The notes under the pieces were generated by a model. The model searched no databases. It was given only the letters and a program-made list of their open reading frames with translations, and was not told where the DNA came from. Below are positions 7,483 through 18,201 of a stretch of DNA of 64,000 bases, piece after piece. Position numbers and translations under genes: made by a program. Position 1 is the first letter of the stretch; the number at the start of each line of letters is the position of its first letter. The DNA is taken from IMG/VR virus record IMGVR_UViG_3300031754_000001, positions 1 through 64,000 of that record, one strand, 5' to 3'. This DNA is from a virus.

Positions 7483-10393
7483 ATGGGTCTTATCGAGCGC
7501 ATTCAGGCAAGCCGTACTGAGAATCGCGTTATCGGAGGAGTACCCTGGCGATTATCGCCCGTGGGACTCGCCTTTCGTTAAGTTCTCCGCTGGCGGCCCC
7601 GTGCACCCGTCGCGGTCGTTTTACGGCCAGGACGAGGCGCTGGGCCTGCCCGCGCTGTACTCTGGGGCCAAGCTGCTGGCCGACTCGGTGGCCTCGCTGC
7701 CGCTGAAGATCTACACCCGGGGTGGCCTGGACGGCCGGGCGATCCGGTACCGGGGGCCGTCTGTCTTCGACATGCCCTCGGTTACCGGGACTACGTTCGA
7801 CTGGCTGTTCACCGCCATGACTTCGCTGGTGCTGCAGGGCAACGCGTGGGGATTCATCACCGGCCGGGACGGTTACGGCTATCCCACCGGGATCGAGTGG
7901 ATCCCGCCGCAGGACGTCTCGGTGATGGACGACGAGCAGCAGCCGTGGAACCCGCTGCGGTCGCGGATCTACGTGTACGGCCGTCTCATGGGCCGGGACG
8001 AGCTGTTCCACGTGAAGGCCTTCGCCGTGGCCGGCCGGACCGAGGGCATCAGCCCGCTGCGCGCGTTCGCGATGACCATCCTGGCCGGCATGGAGGCCCA
8101 GCGGTACGGCACCGACTGGTTCCGCAGCGGCGGGTTCCCGCCCGGCACGTTCCAGAATTCCGAGATCGAGATCGACGCGGACCAGGCCGAGGAGATCCGC
8201 GAGGCGCTGTCCGCCACCATCCGGCGCCGGGAGCCGCTGGTCTATGGTCGCGACTGGGATTACAAGCCCGTGGTCGTGCCGCCGAACGAGGCCCAGTTCA
8301 TCCAGGCCATGCAGATGAACGCCACCCAGGTCGCCGCCATTCTCGGGCTGCCCCCGGACCGGCTCGGCGGCACTAAGGGCGATAGTCTTACGTACAGTTG
8401 TGTTATGAAAGATACACAGATCCTTACGACTCGCGGCTGGTTGCAGTATGACCAGGTAGAAGCCGGGGACACCGCTCTGACACTGAATGTGGAGACCGGT
8501 ACGGCTGAATGGCAGCCGGTCCAGTCCGTACATATCTACCGCGACGGCCCGTATCCGGTGACGGAGTTCCGGTCACTGCGGCATTCATCGGCTACCACCG
8601 GAAACCACCGCTGGCCTGTTATGTTCGCGCACCGCGCATACGGAAACGGTTGGGCTTGGCGGACGACGGAGACGATGCCCTGGGACGCCCGGGTCGCGGC
8701 TGCGGCCCCGTATCAGGCACCAGATCAGCCGAAGTGGTCTGATGCGCTGACCGAGCTGATGGCTTGGTTCTGGACCGAAGGATGGATCGGCAATAACGGC
8801 CAGGTCACGATTACTCAGTCGGGTGCTGCCAATCCGCGGAATACGGCCAAGATCCGCGCCGTGCTCACTGAGCTGTTCGGCCCGGACGTGAAACTTACCG
8901 GCCGGTCACTGCTGGGCAGCAAGGGCTGGCAGAAGCGCGAGGCTGTCCGCGCCGAGCTGGAACGCGATGCTTCGCAGAGCAACCGGGTTATCGGGCGTAC
9001 ATGCGGGGTGGATCCGCATACGGTAGCGCTGGTCCGCGCGGGCAAAATCGATGGCCCAGGCTGGACCGAGGACACCGACAGCCGCCAGATCAGCCATTTC
9101 CGGTTGAATGCGCAAGCGGGATGGTTTCTGACCGAGCACGCGCCGGGCAAGGTAGTTACGACGGAGTTCCTCAGTCAGCTCACTCGCGCGCAGCTGGAGC
9201 TGTTCTATCAGGTATCTGTCGATGCGGACGGGACGCGCCGGACGGACGGCACGGACGGGGCCGTGATGGCGCAGAAGGATCGTGCCCGGCTGGAGTCCTT
9301 CCAGGTCGCGTGCGCGCTTACTGGCCGTGCCGCGGTAGTCCGAGGTCCGGACCGGAGCGGCATGTACCACGTCAGTATCCGGGTCAAGCCGTTCGTGAAG
9401 CCGAAAGGCCACGCCCGCCAGGTCAGCGAAAGCACCGCAGACCTTGTGTGGTGCGTGCAGACGCCGAACAAGACCTGGTTTGCCCGGCGTGACGGGACCT
9501 GCTACTTCACGGGGAACACGGTGGAGCAGTCGACCCTCCAGGTGATCGAGGCCCTGCGCCCGTGGCTGGTCCGGCTGGAGCACGCGTTCTTCCAGATCAT
9601 CCCCGCCAACCGGTACACCCGGTTCGACAGCGACGCGCTGCTGAAGACGGACCTGAAGACCCGGACCGAGATCTACAAGACCCAGCGGGACATGGGCTTG
9701 CGCAACACGGACGAGCTGCGCGACCTGGAGGACCTGGAGCCGCTGCCCGGCAAGGCCGGCGGGGAGAACATCCCGCTGGAGGTCATGGTCGCCATGGCCC
9801 GGTCGATCCGCGGCATCCCGAATTCCATGCTATCCGGCATCACCCTGGAGATGGACCTGGCCGCCGACCGGCTGGAGCAGCTGCAGAAGGAAGATCTCGC
9901 CCAGCCGGATACCGGCATGCCCTCCGCGCCCAGCGCGGACGCGATGCTCGGCCAGCTGGTCGGCGCGACCCGCAGCCACGACCCCGGCGAGCGGGACGAC
10001 GCCCGGCTGATCCTCGATTTCCTGGCTGCCCGGCGCCGGGCCAGGCGGATGCCCCGGGCCGAGCCCGAGTACATCGGTGCCTGGATCCCGTCTAAGCGTG
10101 AGCTGGTGCTGTCCGGGGTCAACGGTCACGATCACGGCGGCGTCAACGGACGTAAATCAGTCATGGATGTAGTACGGGCGACTTGGAGCGGTCCCGCCGG
10201 GACTGTTCCGCCAGAGCGTATTGCGCACGCTCGGATGCTGGCTGGTCAGCTGTTCGGTCTAAGTCAGACCCGGGACTCTCGTGATGCTGCGCTGTCCGTG
10301 CAGCAGTATGACGAATTGGTTCAGCTCATCCGTAAGCATCCGCCATGTGAATCAGCATTGATCGGAACCAATGGTTACGGGAGGGGTGGCTGA
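7483..10393 (+). CDS. HK97-type portal protein with intein and probable 7-nt coding gap at 7552-7558
   Basis: Portal motifs LADSVASLPL, LVLQGNAW, GISPL, AQFIQ, TYS|TVEQ, LRPWL.RLE; the SD-led ATG 7483 (MGLIERIQ..) is out of frame with the body, with the junction at CGA-TTA-T-CGC. Confidence 0.9.
8399..9517 (+). mobile_element. intein in portal (373 aa)
   Basis: Starts CVMKDTQILTTRGW; block B TGNHRW; degenerate LAGLIDADG motifs (WFWTEG, SVDADG); ends FTGN; +1 Thr. Confidence 0.92.
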
Positions 10394-11226
10394 TGTACCA
10401 GGGTCTTCAGCCGCGCTTCTCGTATCGTCTCGACAGGGATCTTGCCCAGGTCGAACAGCCGGTGATGATTCGGGCAGAGCATGACGACGTTCTCCAGCGT
10501 GTCGTATCCGCCATTCTTCCGGGCCTCGATATGGCAGACGTCGCACGGTGCCAGGTTCCAGCCGCAGATCGCACACCGGTCATGGAACTCCCGGCGGATC
10601 ATCATCCGGAAGGTGCTCGGGCTGGTGTAGACACCGTTGCTTGGCCGTCGCCCGGTCATGGCTTTCGCGTGGCCGATCCTCCGGCACTCCTTAGAGCAGT
10701 AGATGTTGCTACCGTAAACGTTGCCGGACGAGCCGAAGCGAATTCCGATGCTCATGCTGGCCACGCTGACCTTGAACTCGCGGGCGAGAGCAGTCATGGT
10801 CTCCCCGTCCGAGTTCCGGCGGCGGCATACGGCCAGGATCTCTTCTGTCAGCTTTTTCGACCCGTGATTGCCCTGCCGGGCAGGTCCTTGCTGCGAGGGC
10901 AGGTACTCGACCGGCTTACCGCAGGCCGCGCAGGGCGCAGTCTGCCGTTCCTTGCGCGGGTGCGGCGGATTGCGCTTCTGGTACGCGAACTTGCAAGGGT
11001 TCCCGCAGAATTTCGCGCGCTGTCGCGCCTTCGGGCTGTCAAACCACGGAATCGGGCCATTACATTCCGTACACCTTTTGCCTGGAATGAATTCGGATCG
11101 CGTGCGACGGCAGGCTTCACTGCAGTATTTCGCATGATCTCTTTCGTATGCGCCGGGCTTCCACGGTATCGGGTCGCCGCAGTTAACACACGTTTTACCT
11201 GGGATTACGTCGGGATGTCCGCTCAT
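10375..11226 (-). CDS. HNH endonuclease with Zn-finger repeats
   Basis: Repeated CxxC..YCS..C; C-terminal CAICG..DVCHI..GG..N...LCPNHH; antisense between portal and protease. Confidence 0.85.
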   Translation of the reverse strand: MSGHPDVIPGKTCVNCGDPIPWKPGAYERDHAKYCSEACRRTRSEFIPGKRCTECNGPIPWFDSPKARQRAKFCGNPCKFAYQKRNPPHPRKERQTAPCAACGKPVEYLPSQQGPARQGNHGSKKLTEEILAVCRRRNSDGETMTALAREFKVSVASMSIGIRFGSSGNVYGSNIYCSKECRRIGHAKAMTGRRPSNGVYTSPSTFRMMIRREFHDRCAICGWNLAPCDVCHIEARKNGGYDTLENVVMLCPNHHRLFDLGKIPVETIREARLKTLVHQPPLP

Positions 11227-11252
11227 GACATCAGTATATGCGGAGGTTTGCA

Positions 11253-12290
11253 ATGTCCGAACTGACTTCACAGCGCGCAACGCTTTCGACACAGGCGGTG
11301 AATGACCTCCCGGACTCTGCATTCGCCCATATTGAACCGGGGGGTACGAAAGACGCGCAAGGGAAGACGGTTCCCCGCTCTAAGCGGCATTTCCCCGTGC
11401 ACGACGAGGCGCACACCCGCAATGCCCTGTCCCGGGCGCCGCAGTCGCCGTTCGGCAAGGCCGCCATGCCGAAGATCCTCAGCGCCGCGCGCAAGTTCGG
11501 GATCAAGGTATCGGCCGACCAGCGCGCCGCCTTCGGCCTGGACGTGACCCTGGACAGCTTCCCGGAGCGCCGGTTCACCCGGTTCCCGCCGGAGGTCCGG
11601 CAGAAGAACGAGCACGGCCCGCAGTTCATCTACGGGTATGCCGCCGCTTTCGGCAAGCTGTCGCGGAAACTCGGGGGCTTCGTGGAGCAGGTAGACACGC
11701 TGGCCTTCAACGAGTCCAAGACCCAGGGCTGGCCGGATGTCGTCTGCCGGTACAACCACAAGGACGACTCGCTGCTCGGCACTACCTACGCCAGGACGCT
11801 GCGGCTGGCCACCGATTCCACCGGCCTGGCCTATGAGGTGGAACCGCCGCAGGCCCGCGCCGACGTGCTGGAGTACGTGACCCGCGGTGACGTCCGGCAC
11901 AGCAGCTTCGCCTTCCGCGTGTATCCCGGCGGGGATGAGTGGGGTGTCAGCGAGTTCAACTACCCGATGAGGACCTTGCTGTCGGTGCAGCTGGTGGACG
12001 TGGCCCCGGTCCTGGACCCGGCCTATCCGGATGCCACCGCCGGCGCACGCGCGATGAACGGCGCGATCGAGTCGCTGGCCGCCTGGGTGCAGGCAGACGT
12101 GGAGGAGGTCCGGAGCCGGGTCGGCGAGGGCCGGGCGATGGAGTTCTTCAAGCGCGTGAGCGTGGACGGCGGCAGCAAGCCCAAGCCCGAGCAGCGCAAG
12201 CCCGCGCCGCGTCCGGTGATGACCGGCGCCCAGGCCCTGCTTGCCCTGCAGGCCAACATGGAGGATCCCTGGGTCGGAGAGGACGACTGA
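11253..12290 (+). CDS. HK97-family prohead protease with N-terminal extension
   Basis: GYAAAF, GGFVEQV, YNH..LLG, SSFAF, LVDVAPV..PAY; N-terminal LPDSAFA..FPVHDEAH.RNALSR domain; SD GGAGG. Confidence 0.9.
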   Translation: MSELTSQRATLSTQAVNDLPDSAFAHIEPGGTKDAQGKTVPRSKRHFPVHDEAHTRNALSRAPQSPFGKAAMPKILSAARKFGIKVSADQRAAFGLDVTLDSFPERRFTRFPPEVRQKNEHGPQFIYGYAAAFGKLSRKLGGFVEQVDTLAFNESKTQGWPDVVCRYNHKDDSLLGTTYARTLRLATDSTGLAYEVEPPQARADVLEYVTRGDVRHSSFAFRVYPGGDEWGVSEFNYPMRTLLSVQLVDVAPVLDPAYPDATAGARAMNGAIESLAAWVQADVEEVRSRVGEGRAMEFFKRVSVDGGSKPKPEQRKPAPRPVMTGAQALLALQANMEDPWVGEDD

Positions 12291-12411
12291 ATCGTATAGA
12301 CGGGGAGATTTAACCCGTTCAGTAAGGAAAACAGAATATATCTGCTGTGGCCGTAGCTGCGTAGGCGTACGGACGGAGCCAGTGCAGATGGCAACCGAAC
12401 AGGAGGAGAAC

Positions 12412-13677
12412 ATGCCATCTGAAGTGGCCAAGCGGCTCCGTGATCGCAGGCTGAACGTCTGGAATGAGGCCAAGGGCCTCGCCGAGTCCGCGGCGACGGA
12501 GAACCGCGCGCTGACGGACGAGGAGCAGGGCAAGTGGGACGCCCTGCAGGAGGAGATGGGCAAGCTCGACACCCGGATCCGCGCGGTGCTGGACACCGAG
12601 AAGCGGGCAAAGGAGGCCGAGGACGCGTTCGACGCGCTGTCCGGCCGCAAGCCCGACGCGGGCCAGGCAGCCCGCACGGCCGGCGGCGGCAAGATGCTGG
12701 ACGAGATCCGCAAGTGGGCGCGCGGCGATGAGGGAGCCGCCCGGCACCTGGAGATCCGGCGCGACGCGGCTCTCGGCCCGATCAACTACCGGATCCTGAC
12801 CACGGCGGGCCAGTCAGGAGGCACAAACGCAAGCAGCATCGTGCCGACTGATTTTTACGACATGCTCATCGCACACCTGATCGAAGTCAGCGGTGTCATG
12901 CAGTGCGGACCCACCGTGCTGAACACGGGCGGCGGCGAGACGTTGCAGGTGCCGAAGACGACAGCACATTCGACCGCGGCCTCGGCGGCGCAGGCGGGCA
13001 ACCTGCCGACTGCGGACCCGGCGTTTTCCATGCAGCCGTTGAGTGCGTACAAGTACGGCATCATGCTGCAGGTCGCCCGGGAGCTGATCGATGACACGGC
13101 CGTTGACCTGCTCGGATATCTTGCTATGCAAGCCGGGCGGGCGCTCGGCAACGCTTTCGGCACCGACCTGGTGAACGGCTCCGGCGCGAGCCAGCCAGCC
13201 GGCGTCGTCACCGTCGCCTCCGCGGGCGTCACCGGCTCCGTGACCGGTGTCTCGGGTGCTCCCTCGTACGCGAACCTGGTGGATCTTGAGTACAGCGTGA
13301 TCGCTCCTTACCGTCAGTCACGGTCCTGCTACTGGCTGGCAGCGGACAAGACGATCGGCTCGTTCAGGAAGATCACCGATACGGTCGGCAGGCCCATCTG
13401 GGAGCCGTCCGCCGTCCTGGGCTCCCCGGACCTGCTGCTCGGCAAGCCCCTGGTGGCCGACCCGTTCATGCCCGCGCTGGCCACCTCGGCCAAGTCGATC
13501 GCGTTCGGCGACTTCAGCCAGTACTTCGTCCGCCTGGTCGGCGGGGTCCGGTTCGAGCGCAGTGACGACTTCGCGTTCGGCTCGGACCTGGTGACGTTCC
13601 GCGCGATCCTGCGCGGCGACGGCACCCTGGTCGACCGGACCGGCGCAATCCGGCTTTACGTTGGGGCGTCCACCTGA
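12412..13677 (+). CDS. major capsid protein (HK97 fold)
   Basis: Coiled-coil N-terminus, VPTDF, RELIDD, DTVGRPIW, LLGKPLV, FGDFSQY, FRAILRGDG; SD AGGAGG. Confidence 0.95.
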   Translation: MPSEVAKRLRDRRLNVWNEAKGLAESAATENRALTDEEQGKWDALQEEMGKLDTRIRAVLDTEKRAKEAEDAFDALSGRKPDAGQAARTAGGGKMLDEIRKWARGDEGAARHLEIRRDAALGPINYRILTTAGQSGGTNASSIVPTDFYDMLIAHLIEVSGVMQCGPTVLNTGGGETLQVPKTTAHSTAASAAQAGNLPTADPAFSMQPLSAYKYGIMLQVARELIDDTAVDLLGYLAMQAGRALGNAFGTDLVNGSGASQPAGVVTVASAGVTGSVTGVSGAPSYANLVDLEYSVIAPYRQSRSCYWLAADKTIGSFRKITDTVGRPIWEPSAVLGSPDLLLGKPLVADPFMPALATSAKSIAFGDFSQYFVRLVGGVRFERSDDFAFGSDLVTFRAILRGDGTLVDRTGAIRLYVGAST

Positions 13678-13697
13678 CCCGGTTCGGGCAGCAATCG

Positions 13698-13743
13698 TTC
13701 CCCGCCCGCGCCGGCGTCCGTGCCGCGGGCGCGGGCGGGGAAG
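13698..13743 (+). terminator. GC-rich hairpin after capsid gene
   Basis: TTCCCCGCCCGCG..CGCGGGCGGGAA imperfect inverted repeat; no U-tract. Confidence 0.4.
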
Positions 13744-13765
13744 TCACGGTAAGGAGAGGGCCGCC

Positions 13766-14350
13766 ATGGCCGAGACCATGCTCATCCGGATGCGCTTCCA
13801 GATGTCTGGGGGCCGTCATGACAACCGGCCGTGGCCTCCCGCCGGGACGGATTTCGAGGTACCCGCCTGGGAGGGCCGGGACCTGATCCGCGGCGAGATG
13901 GCTGACCCGGCAGACGAGCAGGCCCGGAAAGACTGGCAGGCTGAGCAGGAGCGGCGTGCGGGACCGTCCCCGGGCCATCCGTCCAAGCTGGACCCGCGCC
14001 CGGCGGCGGACCCGGGTGCCTCCGTGCCCGCGGTGCTCTCGGAACCTGCCGAGACTGCGGCCGGCCCGGTAGCGAAACCGGGCAGGGCCGGAGATCCGGA
14101 GCCGGAACCGGAGCCATCTGCGGCCGGGTCCGTGGCCGGTAACCGGGCCGGCGAGGCCGGGAGTACGGCTGAGGAAGCGGGCGCCGCGGAGCCTGTCACT
14201 GAGCCCCCGGCCCCCGGCCCGGACGTTCCCGGCCCGTCCTCGCCCAAGCAGGCCTGGATCAGCTACGCCGTGACCCAGGGTGCAGAGCCTGATACAGCCA
14301 GCGCGATGACGAAAGCAGATTTGATGTCTCGCTACGGGGGCCGACTCTGA
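13766..14350 (+). CDS. capsid-adjacent Pro/Ala-rich protein
   Basis: C-terminal KQAWISYAV..A..MTKADL motif often seen after actinophage capsid genes. Confidence 0.75.
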   Translation: MAETMLIRMRFQMSGGRHDNRPWPPAGTDFEVPAWEGRDLIRGEMADPADEQARKDWQAEQERRAGPSPGHPSKLDPRPAADPGASVPAVLSEPAETAAGPVAKPGRAGDPEPEPEPSAAGSVAGNRAGEAGSTAEEAGAAEPVTEPPAPGPDVPGPSSPKQAWISYAVTQGAEPDTASAMTKADLMSRYGGRL

Positions 14351-14694
14351 GCAACAGCCGCCGTCTCCGGCTCTCCGCCGCCGCCAGGACCGCGCTGCCC
14401 CGGTGCGGGACCTGCGGCGGCCGGATCGGCGCGGGCGAGGACCGGATCGAGCTGCACGACGGGCGGCTGGTCTGCGTGCGCTGCCGGGACCGGGGCGTGC
14501 TCGTGAAACGGCTGCCCTGCGGTCACCTGGCGATGCCCGGGACGATGGTGATCTCGGACAGCGCCGACCAGTCCAATTTCCAGTGCATCCGGTGTTCGCC
14601 GCATGCCCGCCTGCCCAGGGGCTATCCTGGGACTAGCGATGCAGTCGCCCGCGGCCTACCGGGAGCCGGGCTCCACATGACGAGGAGCCCCTGA
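14347..14694 (+). CDS. Zn-finger protein, probable CTG start
   Basis: CGTCG, CVRC, LPCGH, CIRC; the open frame extends to CTGA overlapping the previous stop. Confidence 0.5.
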   Translation: MSNSRRLRLSAAARTALPRCGTCGGRIGAGEDRIELHDGRLVCVRCRDRGVLVKRLPCGHLAMPGTMVISDSADQSNFQCIRCSPHARLPRGYPGTSDAVARGLPGAGLHMTRSP

Positions 14695-15290
14695 TGGCCA
14701 TCTCCCCCGCGCACCGGCCGGATGACAACTCCGCGCGGCCTGGCAGCAACGTATCCGGCACTGACTCAAGCCGGGCATTCTCCGGCACTGACAGTCATGA
14801 CGACGACCCCACCAACATGACCGGGCAGTACCCGCCGGGCGGCTGGGGCAACGCGATCTTCGGCGGCCCGCTGCCGGCCGGGACCGGGGCGCCGGGCACT
14901 CAGGGCGCCACGCAGTCAGCGGCGTCCGACCCGACCAACGAGCCGGGGCAGACGCGGGACGGCCTCACCGGGGTCAGCGAGCACGACATCACCTCGACCG
15001 GCGCGCCCGGCACGCCGACCGCGGTGCCCGATGCCGCCAACGATTCCTCCGGTGACACCCTCGTCTCATTCACCGCACCCGGTTCGTACTCCTCGGGCAC
15101 TTACCAGTCCGAGACCTTGCACGATGACCTGGCCGGCCCGGCTGACTCCACCCAGGCCAACGACCAGGGCTACGCGACGGGCGGCCCGCAGCTGCCCGGC
15201 CTGAAAGGCAACGAGCCGCAGGCCGGCAGTGCCCGGTACCAGCCGGCCGGCGGGCACGTGCTGCGCGGCGGCCGGGCAGTCAGGGGCTGA
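14694..15290 (+). CDS. low-complexity Gly/Thr/Asp-rich protein
   Basis: 198 aa; SD AGGAG. Confidence 0.7.
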   Translation: MAISPAHRPDDNSARPGSNVSGTDSSRAFSGTDSHDDDPTNMTGQYPPGGWGNAIFGGPLPAGTGAPGTQGATQSAASDPTNEPGQTRDGLTGVSEHDITSTGAPGTPTAVPDAANDSSGDTLVSFTAPGSYSSGTYQSETLHDDLAGPADSTQANDQGYATGGPQLPGLKGNEPQAGSARYQPAGGHVLRGGRAVRG

Positions 15291-15292
15291 TC

Positions 15293-16789
15293 ATGTCCGG
15301 TGTCCTGGCGTTCAGGACTGGCTGCCTGTGCGCGGGCAGCGGGTGCGGCGGTCACCTGGATCTCGTCCAGCTGGCGTCTGTTGCCGTGAACCCGATCGGC
15401 TGGCAAGGGCCGGCGCAGCACACCTGGACCCGGGCCTGCGACGGGCACCACCCGCCGGGTTCGTGCCCGGGAACTCCGGAGCGGGCGGGTTGAGCCATGC
15501 AGGACCTGAGCAATATGGCCCGTTCCTCGATGTGGCCCACGTCGCAGGAAGGCGGCAATATGCAGGCCACGTCGTCCGAGGCCATGACCGCGCCCGGCAG
15601 CCAGCCGGTTGACAAGCTGGTGGACCGGGCCGTCCAGATGGACCCGGCCGTGGAAATGGGCAAGGCCATCCCGGTGGGCACGGACGGGAAGCCGCAGGCC
15701 CGCGGGCAGGCCTGGGTCAGGCCCGGGGAACCCGCCTGGGGCAGGACGACGACGCCTGATGTGGTGAGGAAGGCATAAGGTGGCTTCTCTCCCGGCTGGC
15801 AGCGACCCGCGGCTGAAGGGCGCGTCAGCCCTGGTGCTCAGCGGGGAGCTGACCGAGGGTGTCAGCGACCTGTCTGAGGCGATGACCGCATCGGGCGGCG
15901 TGCCCGCCCTGCGCGAGGTGAACCAGGACCGCTCCCACCCGGACGCGCCCCTGGTCGAAGAACAACCGCCCGGGAATTACCGGCGGCTGGTGCCCGGTGC
16001 CGCGGGCGGGCACGCGGACGGCAGCTGGCATACCGTCTCGCCGTCCGGACCGCGGGGACCGGTCAAGACCGGGTTCCCGCCCAGGCCGAGAGCGGACCTG
16101 GACCCGGCCCGGCCCGCCGGGAGCGCGATAGCGCCGGAAAACGTCGATTCCAGGAGGACATGATGGCAAGTGCACCAGACCCGGTTACCAGCCCGCCAGC
16201 CCTGCCATGGCAGCCGTACGACGCGAGTGCCCCGGGAGCCGCGGAAGACCAGACCGCGCCGCTGACGATCTATGACGCGGTGCCCGGGGATGCCGGCGGC
16301 GGACCGTGGCGGAAGATCCAGGAAGCCGGGGCCGCTGACTGGGCGACCGGCAAGGTGACCGGGGACTGGCCGTCCAATGGCGCGTCCGGCGACGGCGGCT
16401 GGAAGCAGGCCTGACATGCGCGCCGCGATCATTCTTGCCTTCCTGCTCGCTACTGCCGTCCGGTCTGATGTCGCCCGCCAGTACGCGCCCGGCACCGAGC
16501 CCGCCAAGGGCGGTCAGGACCTGAGCAAGCAGTACGCGCCCGGCAAGGAACTCGCCCACAACGGCAACCAGCACCTGGCGCACAACTACGGGGATACCGC
16601 CAAGTGACTGCGGTCCTGGCTACCGGGTTCTCCGTCAGCGGCGTGCACGGTTTCCTGGTCCTGATCGCGTTCCTGCTGTTCGCGGTGGCCGCCATCATCG
16701 CGTGGGTCGTGACGCCGCGGGCCATCTGGGCCACGTTCGTCTCGGCCGGGCTGGCCCTGGTCACGCTGGCCATGCTGATCACCGGGTAG
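15293..16789 (+). CDS. run of six small hypothetical genes (15293-15493, 15497-15778, 15780-16163, 16160-16414, 16416-16607, 16604-16789)
   Basis: Tightly packed ORFs with GC3 bias; the last is a 2-TM protein. Confidence 0.6.
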
Positions 16790-16793
16790 CGCC

Positions 16794-16886
16794 ATGACCC
16801 CCAGCATCGTCCGGAACGTCCACTACGTCAGCTACGGCACGCCAGGCGGCGGCACCTGGCACTGGCCGGAGCGGGTGCCGGGATGA
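16794..16886 (+). pseudogene. internally deleted small phage protein
   Basis: MTPSIVRNVHYVSYGTPGG joined directly to GTWHWPERV. Confidence 0.5.
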
Positions 16887-17527
16887 CCGACGATCTCCGG
16901 CTGGCCCTGTTCGGCCTGTTCACGCCCGAGGGGTACCTGACCCCCGGCTACGGCGATCACTACCTGTTCTTCGTAGGCAGAGACGACGTGCACGGCATCC
17001 TGCTCGCGCTGCTCACGCACGAGACCATGGGCCTGAAGCTGAACATGTTCGGCTACGACGACGAGGACCTGAACGCCGCCATCCTGGACCTGATGAAGAA
17101 CCCGAACGTCGCCGTGCAGGGGACCCTGGACTCCTCCCAGGCCGGCGGGGTGCACGAGCGGGCGATCCTGGCCGCTGACGTCGCGGGCGACCCGGACTTC
17201 TACAACAGCTTCGTGGTCACCACTAGTGCCACGCACCAGATCAGTCATACCAAGGGCGGCGTGCTGGTCGCGCAGGGCCTGTGGTTCGAGGGCAGCACCA
17301 ACTGGTCATCCTCCGGTGAGGGCACCGGTATCAGGCTGGACCCGCACGCTGTCCCGCAGCCCGGTTACAAAGCACAAAATAACACATTGCTCGTGTCAGC
17401 CAATCCGGTAGGCCTTGCTCGGTTTAGTGCCCGTCTTGATACCGAGCACCTGACCGGGATCGCGCAGCGCGACAGGACGATCGCCAGCCCGCATCTGGTC
17501 CCGGGAGGAGCTGACAGTGGCGGATAA
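16883..17527 (+). CDS. phospholipase D (HKD)-family protein
   Basis: SHTKGG...FEGSTNWS..G..AQNN. Confidence 0.8.
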   Translation: MTDDLRLALFGLFTPEGYLTPGYGDHYLFFVGRDDVHGILLALLTHETMGLKLNMFGYDDEDLNAAILDLMKNPNVAVQGTLDSSQAGGVHERAILAADVAGDPDFYNSFVVTTSATHQISHTKGGVLVAQGLWFEGSTNWSSSGEGTGIRLDPHAVPQPGYKAQNNTLLVSANPVGLARFSARLDTEHLTGIAQRDRTIASPHLVPGGADSGG

Positions 17528-18002
17528 GCTGCCGCTGCCGGTCATGCGGCAGGTCGCGCCGTACCCGGTGATCCTGGACGACCTGGTGCGTCAGCTGGAC
17601 TACCGGAGCCACATGGGCTGGAAGGTCTGGCTGGAGGGTGACTGCCAGCGGGACAAGCCCGGCCGTCATTCCGGCGAGTCGCGCGGCCTGACCCTGATCG
17701 TGCAGCGCCACGGCCCGGACTCCTACGATCACGGCCGCACTCTTACCGTCCATCACTATTTCCCGGTCCCGCCCGCCACGTTCGGCGAGGACTCCTGGAC
17801 GCGGTGGCTGTTCGACACGCTCGGCAAGGTCGATGACCACGAGCGGATGGAAGACTTCGTGATCGCCGGCCGCCGTCCTTTCGCGCCTGTCCATAAGCCG
17901 GGTCACGATCCTTACATCGTTCACCAGATCGCTACCCGGGAGGACGCGGATACCGATTTCCGGGGCCGCCGGGTACATCCGGAGGAGCCTGTTACCACTT
18001 GA
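17517..18002 (+). CDS. hypothetical protein
   Basis: 161 aa; overlaps the upstream gene; SD GGAGG. Confidence 0.7.
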   Translation: MADKLPLPVMRQVAPYPVILDDLVRQLDYRSHMGWKVWLEGDCQRDKPGRHSGESRGLTLIVQRHGPDSYDHGRTLTVHHYFPVPPATFGEDSWTRWLFDTLGKVDDHERMEDFVIAGRRPFAPVHKPGHDPYIVHQIATREDADTDFRGRRVHPEEPVTT

Positions 18003-18201
18003 CCGTTCCCGCTGCTCCAGACCCCGGCAGCCCCCGCTCTATAAGGGGGACCCCGTGGCCTACTGCAATCGCTGCGGAGCGTACGCCAGCCTCGACCAGG
18101 CCGCTATGTGCAGCCGGTGCCGTCATGACTGGCAGCCGGAACTGCCCGCACCCGCTGACCTGGGACACAGCAAGCCGGTCCTGGCGGGCTAGAGTACGGG
18201 G

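Noticed and set aside
7454-7555. ORF-track portal start at 7454
   Set aside because: No obvious SD and an unlikely N-terminal sequence; ATG 7483 has a strong SD and a portal-like start.
10393-11265. 290-aa plus-strand ORF
   Set aside because: Antisense shadow of the HNH gene.
12241-12411. N-terminal capsid extension containing TTA
   Set aside because: The likely start is 12412 with SD AGGAGG; the upstream TTA is intergenic. The same applies to the TTAs at 6092 and 60332, so none were counted.
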